Source: Deltaproteobacteria bacterium (GTDB lineage: Bacteria; Myxococcota_A; UBA9160; SMWR01). From it: a DNA stretch of 64,000 bases. A program made the position numbers and the translations under genes. Every line of letters starts with the position of its first letter. The stretch's first letter is position 1. The stretch is from NCBI GenBank assembly GCA_032128115.1, contig JAQBHB010000078.1, positions 45,935 to 109,934 on the forward strand, read 5' to 3'. Below the pieces are notes generated by a model. The model saw only the letters and a program-made list of their open reading frames with translations. It did not search any database and was not told the origin of the DNA. Below are positions 1 to 9,006 of the stretch, piece by piece.

Positions 1-943
1 CCCAGTGGTCCCAATCGGAGAAGAACCCCGTCTGGGACGCGATCAGAAACAGCACCCCCGCCACCGCCGCCAACGACAGCTTCCAGAAGCGCGCGACGGT
101 GAGCGCCCCCCACAGCACCAGCGGGTAGAGCTTCACGTGGATCGCGACTGCGATGCTGAGTCCCGCCAGGATCGGCCGCCGCCGGGCCCACAGCAGGCCC
201 AACAACGAGAGATCCAGCACCCACAGATTCACCTGATTCCAGCGCAGGGTGCGCAGGAGCGGGTTGTCGAAGATCAGGATCGCCGCCACCAGGGCGTGGG
301 CCGCCACTTCGGGTACGCCCAGCCGCCGGCTGAACTGGTAGGAGGCGGCGTAGGCCAGGCCCACCAGCAGCAGCAGGACGCAGCGGTAGTAGTAGAAGAC
401 GCTGTTCCAGACGTCTTTTTCTGCGGTGAAATTCAGACTGTCGAGGCCCGGACGGTGCTGGATACGACCCGTGAGCTCCGGCGCGCTCTCGACCCAGCGG
501 TAGGCGGCAGCCATCGCCTGGGCCGTGAGCGGCGGATACAGATAGGGCGGCTTGCCGTCGTACAGACCCTCGCCCTTCAGCAGACGCTCGGCCGCATTCT
601 GGTAGGCGCCGTAGTCGTAGGTCCGGTACGAGTACTCGCTCACGTAGGTAACGAAGTAGAGGCCCGTGACCAGGGGAATCAGGACGGCAGCTTTTGCGCC
701 GAGCCCGCCCTGCCCTGCCAGAGAACGCAGCCGGATGCCGGCCCAGACGAACAGGGCGACGGACCCGGTGAGCCCCAGAAGCTCGAAGCGCATGTAGGAT
801 TTCGTGTAGCTGCGGCCGAGCCAAGCGCTGTCGAACGAAGCCCAATACAGCGGAAAGCCACACGCCAACGCCACGCCACACACCGCCATCACGACGACGC
901 CGATTCGAACGGCAAGGCCTCGAGCGGCAAGACCTCGGCTCAC
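1..943 (-). CDS. GT87/DUF2029-like GT-C membrane glycosyltransferase, runs off the left edge
   Basis: Not in ORF track. Manual translation from GTG 943 (GTGA overlap with upstream stop): DYGAYQNAAERLLKGEGLYDGKPPYLYPPL, WNQVNL, HVKLYP, many TM segments. Confidence 0.8.
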   Translation of the reverse strand, partial: MSRGLAARGLAVRIGVVVMAVCGVALACGFPLYWASFDSAWLGRSYTKSYMRFELLGLTGSVALFVWAGIRLRSLAGQGGLGAKAAVLIPLVTGLYFVTYVSEYSYRTYDYGAYQNAAERLLKGEGLYDGKPPYLYPPLTAQAMAAAYRWVESAPELTGRIQHRPGLDSLNFTAEKDVWNSVFYYYRCVLLLLVGLAYAASYQFSRRLGVPEVAAHALVAAILIFDNPLLRTLRWNQVNLWVLDLSLLGLLWARRRPILAGLSIAVAIHVKLYPLVLWGALTVARFWKLSLAAVAGVLFLIASQTGFFSDWDHW

Positions 944-2130
944 GGGAGAACGCTCTGCGTTCGGGATCGGATCTCCCGATGCTGCACGAGAAGAAGATAG
1001 AGGAGGCCGAGAACGCCGATCAAGGGCGCCGCCGGCACCAGGCTGCGCAGCAGGCGCCAGTCCGCCGGGAGTGCCTCCAGCGCGCCGAGCAACGGGAAAT
1101 TCACCAGGACGAACGACAGCACAAAGACCACCCAGCCCGGCGCTCCGCCCGCGCGCGCCGCACGCAATACGAAGAACAGGGGGATCAGCGCAAACACGAA
1201 GTAGTGATCCCACACCACGGGAAAGATCGCGAGGGCCACGCACAGGGCCATGGCGAATTCGAGCGACCACGCGCGGCGAACGCCTTCACGGGCTGCCGCA
1301 GCCCCCGAGACCCACAAAACGCCCAGGAGGGCAGCACTCGCCCCCAGCACCGCGGCTCCCCACCCGGGCGGCACCGCCACCGGCGCCCACCGAAACAGAC
1401 CCTCGGGGCCAGGGCCCAGCGCCTGCACCACGCGCATGACCGAACCCAGCAGGCTGGCGTTGTTGTAGGCAGTGAGCGCCGTACCAGTGTTCTGGAAAAT
1501 CACCGCGTCCCAGTACTCCCCGTGCAGGGGCAAACCGAACCACACCACGGACAGCAACAGGAGTGCGGCAAACGTGAGCGCAGCCGCCCCCACCGTCGCC
1601 ATCTCGCGGCGGACCCAGAACGGAAGCAGCAACAGCCCCGCCGGGATCTTGATCAGGAAGGCCAGACCCAGCAACGCCCCTGCCGTCCGGCGCCGGTCGC
1701 GTTCGAAGGCCACGAAGGCCCACGCGAGCAGCGCCAGGCAGACGGGCGTGAGCTGGCCCAGACGCACGCCGACGAACCACGCGCGGCACGAGACGAACAG
1801 CGCCAGACACAGCCAGCGTTCGCCGGGGGAGCGCGCCAGCCCCACCAGGACGGCGACGAACGCCGCCAGATAGGCCCCGATCTCGACGGCAAGAAAGATG
1901 CGCGACGCCGTTTCCCGGTTCGCCGCGCCCAGGGGCGACAACAGGCCTGCAACCAGAGGCAGATTCTTGAGGCCTTCGTAGCCGTATTCGAAGCTGCCCG
2001 TCTGCCACACCTGGCGCGCGGCGGCATGATAGGCCTTGTCGAAATCGGTGTTCTTGACCCCCACCAGAAGCGGCGTCGCCACGGCGAAAGCGGTCAGCAG
2101 GAACACCGGAGCCACGTCGAGGACCCTCAC
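940..2130 (-). CDS. GT87/DUF2029-like membrane glycosyltransferase
   Basis: DFDKAYHAAARQV, LGQLTP, KIPAG, NASL, PVVWDHY motifs; polytopic; GTGA overlaps on both sides. Confidence 0.8.
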   Translation of the reverse strand: MRVLDVAPVFLLTAFAVATPLLVGVKNTDFDKAYHAAARQVWQTGSFEYGYEGLKNLPLVAGLLSPLGAANRETASRIFLAVEIGAYLAAFVAVLVGLARSPGERWLCLALFVSCRAWFVGVRLGQLTPVCLALLAWAFVAFERDRRRTAGALLGLAFLIKIPAGLLLLPFWVRREMATVGAAALTFAALLLLSVVWFGLPLHGEYWDAVIFQNTGTALTAYNNASLLGSVMRVVQALGPGPEGLFRWAPVAVPPGWGAAVLGASAALLGVLWVSGAAAAREGVRRAWSLEFAMALCVALAIFPVVWDHYFVFALIPLFFVLRAARAGGAPGWVVFVLSFVLVNFPLLGALEALPADWRLLRSLVPAAPLIGVLGLLYLLLVQHREIRSRTQSVLP

Positions 2131-2993
2131 ACCTTTGCGATCACCTGCTCGGCGAAGCGCTCCAGAGCCTCGATCTTCTGATCCACGGCCATGGTGTCCT
2201 TCTCGTAGGCGTTCCGGAAGCCCACGATGGCGTCGGTGACGCCCACGTCCTCCAGCCGGCGGACGCCGTCCGGCGTGTAGGCGTCCAGCGAGATCACGTG
2301 CACCTCGAAGGAATTCTTGTCGGTTCCGTACTCGACTCGCAGCTCAGCCAGACGTTTGATCAGGCGCCCGAGCTCCGCGCCGTCTCCCCCCGCGTGCATC
2401 CAGCCATCTCCAAGACGCGCGGCGCGCACGAGCGCCGGCTCGGCGTGGCCGCCGATCAGGATGGGAATCGGTCGACTCGGTGCCGGGCACATCTTGATGC
2501 TCTCCAGATCGTAGTGTTCGCCGTGGAACTCGAAGAATCGCCCGGTCGTGAGGCCCCGGATGATCTCGATCATCTCGTCCATGCGCTTGCCGCGGGCCTT
2601 CCACTCGCTTCCCGTCACCCGGAAATCCTCGGGCCACGGCGACAGGCCCACACCGAAGCCGAAACGGTTCCCCGTCAGGACCGCCAGCGAGGCCGCCTGC
2701 TTGGCCACCAGCACCGGCTGTCGGATGGCGAGCTTCACCACGAAGGTGGTAAAGCGGATCTTCTCGGTCCGGGCGCCCAGGAACGGAATCAGGGCGAACG
2801 GATCGATGAAGGGTTTGTCCTCGAGGAAGCCCCGATTCCCGTCCGGCGTGTAGGGGTAGCTGCTGTCGGAGACCTCCGGGTAGCAGAGGCTGTCGGGCAC
2901 CCCGAAGGAGGTCCAGCCGCTGCGATCTGCGGCTTCCGCGAGCGGGAGGTAGTGGCTGGGATCGCACATGGACTCGACGAAGGTGAAGCGCAT
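2127..2993 (-). CDS. LLM-class (luciferase-like) probable F420-dependent oxidoreductase
   Basis: Start at MRFTFVESM; DPF..., AKQAASLAVLTGNRFGFGVG, PILIGGH...RAARLGDGW. Confidence 0.85.
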   Translation of the reverse strand: MRFTFVESMCDPSHYLPLAEAADRSGWTSFGVPDSLCYPEVSDSSYPYTPDGNRGFLEDKPFIDPFALIPFLGARTEKIRFTTFVVKLAIRQPVLVAKQAASLAVLTGNRFGFGVGLSPWPEDFRVTGSEWKARGKRMDEMIEIIRGLTTGRFFEFHGEHYDLESIKMCPAPSRPIPILIGGHAEPALVRAARLGDGWMHAGGDGAELGRLIKRLAELRVEYGTDKNSFEVHVISLDAYTPDGVRRLEDVGVTDAIVGFRNAYEKDTMAVDQKIEALERFAEQVIAKV

Positions 2994-3053
2994 GGGGGCA
3001 GCGTATGGGTCCCGGCGGCTGCGTTCAACGCCTGGGCTGAATACACTGGGTCC

Positions 3054-4478
3054 GTGGCGAAGCTCTCGTACGCACGGGCCTGGGCTCGGCTGGCCGAAGC
3101 CGACCCGGACGGGCTCGCCGTGATCTGTGGCGACCGATCCATCACCCGCGGCGCACTCGAGCGGCGGGCCAACCGGCAGGCGCGGGCCTACGCGGATCTC
3201 GGCGTGGGGCCGGGTGATTTCGTCACGCTGATCCTCCCCAACAGCGTCGATTTCTTCGCCGCCTGCCTGGCCACCTGGAAGCTCGGCGCGGTGCCCAACC
3301 CGATCTCGTCGCGGCTGCCGGCCGCCGAGCGCGACGCCATCCTGGAACGCGCCGCTCCGGCCCTGGTGGTGGACGCGGACTTCGAGCCCGACCCGGCCCT
3401 TTCGGACGCACCGCTTCCGGACGCCCAGCCCCCCCACGAGCGCGCCATGGCCTCCGGCGGCAGCACGGGCCTGCCCAAGCTGATCGTGGCCCTGAACCCG
3501 GCGCAGTACGACCCGGAGGCGCCTTCCGCGATCTTCAAGGCCCGGCACGCCGTACTCGTCCCCGGCCCGCTCTACCACGCGGTGCCCTTCAGCGCCGCCT
3601 GGCAGGGTCTATTCGGGGGTGCCCTGGCCGTCGTGATGCGCCGCTTCGACGCGGGCCATTGCCTCGAATTGATCGAACGCCACGCCATCGACCGCGTGCA
3701 CTTCGTGCCCACCATGATGCTGCGCATCTGGCGGCTTCCGGAAGCCGAGCGCCTGGGGCGCGATCTGTCGTCGCTCTCGTTCGTGATGACAGGCGGCGCT
3801 CCCTGCCCGGCCTGGCTCATGCGGGCCTGGATCGACTGGCTGGGGCCCGACGTGATGCACGAGGCCTTCGGCCCCAGCGAGCGCATCGGCGGCACCTTCA
3901 TCACGGGACGCGAGTGGTTGGCGCATCCGGGCTCGGTGGGTCGGCCCAGCGGCGGGGCCAGGCTCAAGATCGTCGACCCGGACACCGGACGCGAACTGCC
4001 AGCGGGCCAGATGGGCGAGATCTACATGCTGCCCGCCGGCGGCCGCGGCAGCACCTACCGCTACGTGGGCGCGCGAGCCCGTGCCGATCACGACGGCTTC
4101 GAGTCGGTGGGCGACATGGGAACCCTGGACACGGACGGCTATCTCTTCCTAGGCGACCGGCGCAGCGACATGATCCTGTGCGGCGGCCGCAACGTGTATC
4201 CGGCGGAGGTGGAGGCCGCCATCGAGGCCCATCCCGCCGTGCGCTCGAGCGCGGTGATCGGCCTGCCCGACGACGACCTGGGCCAGCGCATCCACGCCCT
4301 GGCGGAAACCGACGGCTCCCTGGATTCCGACTCCCTCGCCGAAGCGTTGCGGGCCCACCTGCGCGATCACCTGGTGGCGTGGAAGATCCCGCGCAGCTTC
4401 GAGTGGGTGGATCACCCGCTCCGAGACGAAGCCGGCAAGGTACGCCGCGCGGCGCTTCGCGAGGCGCGCCTGGGTTGA
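3054..4478 (+). CDS. AMP-binding acyl-CoA synthetase/ligase
   Basis: SGGSTGLPK P-loop, GPLYH, GSVGRP, GDMG..D.DGYL, RRSDMI, PAEVE, GKVRR; GTG start 3054. Confidence 0.9.
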   Translation: MAKLSYARAWARLAEADPDGLAVICGDRSITRGALERRANRQARAYADLGVGPGDFVTLILPNSVDFFAACLATWKLGAVPNPISSRLPAAERDAILERAAPALVVDADFEPDPALSDAPLPDAQPPHERAMASGGSTGLPKLIVALNPAQYDPEAPSAIFKARHAVLVPGPLYHAVPFSAAWQGLFGGALAVVMRRFDAGHCLELIERHAIDRVHFVPTMMLRIWRLPEAERLGRDLSSLSFVMTGGAPCPAWLMRAWIDWLGPDVMHEAFGPSERIGGTFITGREWLAHPGSVGRPSGGARLKIVDPDTGRELPAGQMGEIYMLPAGGRGSTYRYVGARARADHDGFESVGDMGTLDTDGYLFLGDRRSDMILCGGRNVYPAEVEAAIEAHPAVRSSAVIGLPDDDLGQRIHALAETDGSLDSDSLAEALRAHLRDHLVAWKIPRSFEWVDHPLRDEAGKVRRAALREARLG

Positions 4479-5672
4479 TCAGCGCCGCGCCATCAACCGC
4501 ATCAGGTAGGGGGCCAGCGGCCGGAACAGGCGCCCCAGCAGAAGCTGCACCGGGCTCGGAACCGGCGTGTTGCTCGCCGAGCCGAAGCTCGTCAGGTCGA
4601 GCTCTTCGCGGATGTCGCCACTCATGGCGCTCATCGGCGTGTCCAGCGGAATACCCGTCGAATCGGCGATGCGCACCATGCGCTGGAAGTTCGACGCGAC
4701 GGCGGCAGCATCTACCAGGCCCTCGGGCCCCAGCGCCTGACGCACCCGCTCGCGGGCATCCGAAAGGGCGTCGTCGTCGTCTCCCACCACCGCATCGGCG
4801 AACGCCACCAGTTCGGCGGCGTGGGCCACGCCGCACTTCGCAGCAGATTCCGGATCGGTGATCGCCCGCAGATCCACCGCCTCATGGCTCGACTCGCTGC
4901 TCGCACGGAGCAGCAATGCGTGTGCGCTGGTTCAGTAGAAGCACTCGTTGAGTGCCGACACGCGCCCCGCAAGCAACTCCACCTGCAGGCGGTCAAGACC
5001 TGCCGTGCCGCGCGTCAGGTCCATCATGTCCTTCGGGCGCAGGTAGTGGGCGGCGCTCAGGTCCGTGAGTCCGCGCACCTCATCGGGCACCAGCGAGAGC
5101 GCCCGGATCACGTTGCCGGTTCGATCCGAGCCGTAGAGATCCGCCTCGTCGCCGGTGGCGCGGGATTCCTTGATCATGGGAACCCAGGCCGACTCGGGCA
5201 GCGCGCCCGTCGGGCGCCGCCGGGAGGGTTCGCCCGCCTGGGACTCCGGCAGCGGGTGGAGCGGCACCCCGAGCCCGCGGCAGAAGGCATCGATGCTGAC
5301 CACCGTCACCACCACGCCCACGAGCTCCACGTAATGAGCATCGCCGAGACCGTCTGCTTGGCACTTCTCGAACCAGGTGTGCGTCAGGCGGCCAGGATCC
5401 GTCGTGATCTGGTGGACGGCCTCCACCGCGGTGGCCGGGAGCTCTCCCGAACTCGCGTGTTCTGCGTGGTTCACCCGAGACGGGAGCGCCTGCTTGCGCT
5501 CGAGGCACAGGGGGCAGTCGGCGGCATTGCGCACCTCCTGGGCGATCGCCACGCGTTCTGCGCCGGTCCACCAGGTGCCCGCCTTCGCCAGACGCGACCA
5601 GGCGCGCTGGTGGGCTTCGGGAAGATCCTCTCGAACGGGAACCGGCGCGCCAGCGTAGGAGATGGTCGTCAG
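4479..5672 (-). CDS. AhpD/CMD-like alkylhydroperoxidase-family selenoprotein (NECFY-U-TSAH); Sec codon at 4932-4934; probable CTG start
   Basis: ORFs 4932..5552 and 4479..4916 share a frame and are separated only by TGA at the second Cys position of the AhpD CxxC..H motif; SECIS-like hairpin follows; N-terminal CPLC; frame open to CTG 5672 with GGAGG 7 nt upstream. Confidence 0.8.
4894..4916 (-). promoter_or_regulatory. Bacterial SECIS-like hairpin
   Basis: UUGCUGCUC-CGUGC-GAGCAGCGA: 9-bp stem (one GU), 5-nt loop with G at position 2, loop 24 nt after UGA. Confidence 0.7.
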
Positions 5673-5693
5673 GGGATGCCCTCCGCCAGCAGT

Positions 5694-7043
5694 CTACTCG
5701 CCCCACAGTGTCTGCCACCAGGGCTGCGAAGGTCCGGCGGGGCCGGCGAAACGAATGCGGTCGCGGATGCCGCCCAGGCTCCAGCCGGTGAGCGACGCCA
5801 GGGACTGGGCCTCCCGCTCCTGGCGCTCGCGAAGCTCGCGCCGGTACGCCTCGGCGGCCTGGCAGGTGGCCGGACCCTCGAAGGCATGACGCAGGACGTA
5901 GCGGGCCTGGAAGTTGCTGCGGTCGCCGGTCTCCTGGAAGACCAGGTCGGCCGGGAAGTGCTCCGCGTCGTAGCGCACGTGCAGTCGCGTCACGAAGGCG
6001 TTTTGCTGCCGGCCCTGGCGCGGGTCGTTGCCGCCCAGCCAGAAAACGCCAAGACTTCGCTGCTCTTCCTGGGACAGGGGGTCGGCGGCGCACGGATCGC
6101 ACCAGTTCATGTCCCAGGCATACTCGGTGAAAACGGTGCGCATGCTCTCCTTGCGCACCTGCTCGGAGAAGAGCGCCGAGTAGAAATCACCGAACTCGGC
6201 CTTCACGAAGACCGGCAGGTCCATGTCCGTGGCGAGCTTCACGGTGCGGTAGTTGGTGGTCTCGACCCGGCCATTGCGCGTGAGCGTATAGACGAACAGC
6301 TCCTGGGTGCCGTCGGCGTTCAGGGTACCGAGGCGGATGGGCAGCATGAATTTCGGCGACTCGTAGGCCACCTGGAGCGGCCGCAGATAGTTGAAGCCCA
6401 GCTTCGACTGCTCGGCCAGGTTCACCTTGGCTACAAAAAAGCGCATCTTCTGCTTCAGGTAGCTGTCGAGCACGGACTCGGCTCCGTCCGGCAGCCGATA
6501 GCCGTTCTCGCGCAGCCAACCGGCGAGGCCATCGCTCTGCTCCGCCGACAGGATCAGGATGTCGTACTCGCCGACGGTGTAGCGGGCCTCGATGGTGACT
6601 CCCGCGGCCCGCGCCCGCTTCGCTGCGTCGGCCGCGAACATCAGGTTCGCTCCGGAGGCACTGGGCAGGGCCATCTCCCTGTGAAGCGTCACCGCGCAGG
6701 GATCCGAATCGAAATACTCCACCAGGCGCGGCGACGTGTAGGCATCCAGGTGATCGATCACCGCGCGATCGCCCACGTGGATCTGGCCGCGCGCAACGAA
6801 CGTGGGCACCGGAATCACCATGGCGAACTCTTCTGGCTCGCCCTTGAAGTCGTTGGACATGGTGATGACCGTGCGGTCGCCGTCGCGGACCAGCACCACC
6901 TGGGAGGCTTCGTTGAAGAGCTTCGTGTCGGCCTTGGCCACGTAGAAGCCGCAGAATGCGCTTGCGGGGCTGCTTGCCAGCAGCACGAAGAGCAGCAGGA
7001 AGAGGAAATGGGGGGTCGTGCGGAAGAGTCGAATCGAACTCAT
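5694..7043 (-). CDS. DUF2330-domain exported protein (in frame with the upstream RnfD-like gene)
   Basis: AAGGAG RBS + ATG 7043, signal peptide ending ASA-FCGFYVAKAD, WL..NGY, FMLPIRLG, WCDPC, TRLHVRY. Confidence 0.8.
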   Translation of the reverse strand: MSSIRLFRTTPHFLFLLLFVLLASSPASAFCGFYVAKADTKLFNEASQVVLVRDGDRTVITMSNDFKGEPEEFAMVIPVPTFVARGQIHVGDRAVIDHLDAYTSPRLVEYFDSDPCAVTLHREMALPSASGANLMFAADAAKRARAAGVTIEARYTVGEYDILILSAEQSDGLAGWLRENGYRLPDGAESVLDSYLKQKMRFFVAKVNLAEQSKLGFNYLRPLQVAYESPKFMLPIRLGTLNADGTQELFVYTLTRNGRVETTNYRTVKLATDMDLPVFVKAEFGDFYSALFSEQVRKESMRTVFTEYAWDMNWCDPCAADPLSQEEQRSLGVFWLGGNDPRQGRQQNAFVTRLHVRYDAEHFPADLVFQETGDRSNFQARYVLRHAFEGPATCQAAEAYRRELRERQEREAQSLASLTGWSLGGIRDRIRFAGPAGPSQPWWQTLWGE

Positions 7044-7859
7044 GGGGTTCTCCTTCTTGGATGAAGCTGCCCGAGACCACGCGTAGCGCGAGCCCGGAAA
7101 GAGTCGGTCGAGAAGCGGCACCAGGGGTGCCGCGGTGGCGAGCGACCACAGTGGTCCATTGCTGCGGTAGAGGCCGAACTGCACGAGGAGCGCACCTGCC
7201 GCGACGATCGCGGCGAAAGCCAGGCGACCCGGTCGCGAGTCGGGAATCGTCTTCGGGTCGGAGATCATGAAGAAGGCAAAGATCAAGAGGGCGCCGCTCT
7301 GGAGCCCGTGCAGGGGGATCGCCAGCGGCTCCCCCAGCCACACGGAGCGACCGATGCTGCCGGCGGCGTAGAAGGCCAGGAACGCCCAGGTGACATCGCT
7401 GCGCGCCGAGCCGTGCAGCACCAGCATCCCGAGCCCCGCCACCGCGAACCCGAACAGCGCCGGGCTGCCCCACTGGCCGGCCGAAACCCAGACGGCGCCG
7501 CTGCCCCCCGTGACGGCCATCATCACCACCAGGGCCAGGCACGTGGGGTTGAAGACGTGCTTGCCGTCGCGGCGGATCGCGAACTTGCTGGCGATGGCGA
7601 GGGTGGCGCCGGCGAGGGCCAGGGGCAGGGAATCCGTGCGCATCAGGAGCGACAGGGAGAGCCCCGAGATCAGGGCGCTCTTCGGGTCGAAGCGCGGGAG
7701 GCGAGCGATGCGGCTGCACACGAGTTGCGCAACCAGGGCCGTGGCCACTACCGCCAGTGTGCGACCTGCGCTCACCTCGAAGTCGAGGCAGAACCCCCCG
7801 TACGCCAGCAGGCTCGAGAGGACCGCAATCTGGTAGGGGCGGGGATCTTTGTTTGCCAT
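7044..7859 (-). CDS. RnfD/NqrB-like membrane protein; no stop before DUF2330, so possibly a 721-aa fusion 5694..7859
   Basis: DPR.YQI, SALISGLSLSLL, AIASKF....GKHVFNP, FFMISDPKT.P motifs; about 9 TM segments. Confidence 0.8.
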
Positions 7860-7952
7860 CTCCCGGTAGGTCTCCCGGGAGTCGGAAATCGGATCACGCG
7901 CGGAGAAGTTCTACCGGGTTCGGCTAAGCTCCCGGGCCGGGGAGGAGCCGTG

Positions 7953-8222
7953 ATGGACATCCGGATGGAGCGGGTCGGCGATGGCGAATTCCGCGTCACC
8001 GTGATGGAGGGCAGGACCCGCTCCTCGCATCAGGTGCGCGTCAGTCCCGAAGAACAGACGCGCTTCGGCGGCCAGTCGACTCCCGAGCAGCTCGTGGAAG
8101 AGTCCTTTCGTTTCCTGCTGGAACGCGAGGCCAAGGAAGCCATCCTGCAGAGCTTCGACCTGTCCGTCATCGAACGCTACTTCCCTGAGTTCGGCGAAGA
8201 AATCAAGAAGCGGCTGGGCTAG
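7953..8222 (+). CDS. Small hypothetical protein (89 aa)
   Basis: GGAGGAG RBS; globular-looking sequence with SFRFLLERE..EAIL..FDL..I.RYFPEF. Confidence 0.75.
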   Translation: MDIRMERVGDGEFRVTVMEGRTRSSHQVRVSPEEQTRFGGQSTPEQLVEESFRFLLEREAKEAILQSFDLSVIERYFPEFGEEIKKRLG

Positions 8223-8288
8223 GGGCGGGGTTCAGACGTTCGCTCGCGTCATCTCTGCGGGCGCAGCGCAGCCCACGCAAATGCATGG

Positions 8289-8648
8289 CTAGAGCTCGCC
8301 GTCTTCGTAGACGACCACACCCAGGTTCTTGTTGGCCAGGGTGACGCCGATCTTGAGCGTGCCTTCCACGCGAATCTCTTCGCCCTGGAACGGGACGCGG
8401 CCATGGGGCTTTACCCAGACCCGCCCGGTGCCGTCGTCCAGCCGCACCAGGCTCTGACCGATCACCGGGATCGCCCACGTCTGCGTTACCACGCCCTCGA
8501 CCGTCACCCGCTGCTCGTTGTAGCGGCCCGGGTCGGACGCCAGCTCCTGGATGCGCATGCGTGAGCTGCAGCCCCAGGCCGCGGCCAACGCAAGCACCAC
8601 GCAGATCAGAACGCGAAGCGCGCGAAACCTCGTCGCGTTCGCCATCAC
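8289..8648 (-). CDS. OB-fold-like lipoprotein
   Basis: AGGAGG RBS; lipobox-like AAAWGC; VTVEGVV...[10 protein letters not shown]...[10 protein letters not shown] pattern. Confidence 0.7.
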   Translation of the reverse strand: MMANATRFRALRVLICVVLALAAAWGCSSRMRIQELASDPGRYNEQRVTVEGVVTQTWAIPVIGQSLVRLDDGTGRVWVKPHGRVPFQGEEIRVEGTLKIGVTLANKNLGVVVYEDGEL

Positions 8649-8659
8649 GGGCTACCTCC

Positions 8660-8830
8660 TCAGAAGGGCCACACGGTCGACTGGACCATGTAGTCGTGAA
8701 CCGCCAGGTGCAGGCCCAGGAGCATCGCGCCCATCAGCACGACACCGGTGACCACGGTAACGGCGAGCACCCATCGCTCGCCGCGGCTCGCGCGGTGCGC
8801 GACCACTTCTTCAAACACTTCGCTGGACAT
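8660..8830 (-). CDS. Small single-TM membrane protein (56 aa)
   Basis: Manual translation MSSEVFEEVVAHRASRGERWVLAVTVVTGVVLMGAMLLGLHLAVHDYMVQSTVWPF; stop abuts the RBS of the next gene. Confidence 0.6.
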   Translation of the reverse strand: MSSEVFEEVVAHRASRGERWVLAVTVVTGVVLMGAMLLGLHLAVHDYMVQSTVWPF

Positions 8831-8925
8831 CGCGTCCGTACCCCCTCACGCGCGCTGCGCGATCGTTCGAGTGGAGTCGAATGCGCCCGGTGCGGGCGCG
8901 CTTCCTCTCCTCGGAATCGGGGGCG

Positions 8926-9006
8926 AATTCTTGAGCCCTATCAGGGAAATTCTTGAGCCCTATCAGTCAGATAGGGTGTCGGCGGCGTGAGATAGGGTGT
9001 CGGCGG
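8926..9006. repeat. Two adjacent tandem duplications (periods 22 and 21) forming a symmetric CCCTATC/GATAGGG array
   Basis: aattcttgagccctatcag at 8926 and 8948; agatagggtgtcggcgg at 8969 and 8990. Confidence 0.9.

Noticed and set aside
5..1000. Long ORFs such as 5..1000(+), 4821..7064(+), 15794..18100(+), 21899..24166(-), 52380..55565(-)
   Set aside because: Antisense or off-frame shadows of motif-supported genes; typical of high-GC DNA
2994..3578. Long N-terminal extensions in the ORF track (LLM, ligase, SbcD, GGDEF, M36, Rieske, 50778 ORF)
   Set aside because: They overlap neighbouring genes; later starts match domain boundaries and RBS
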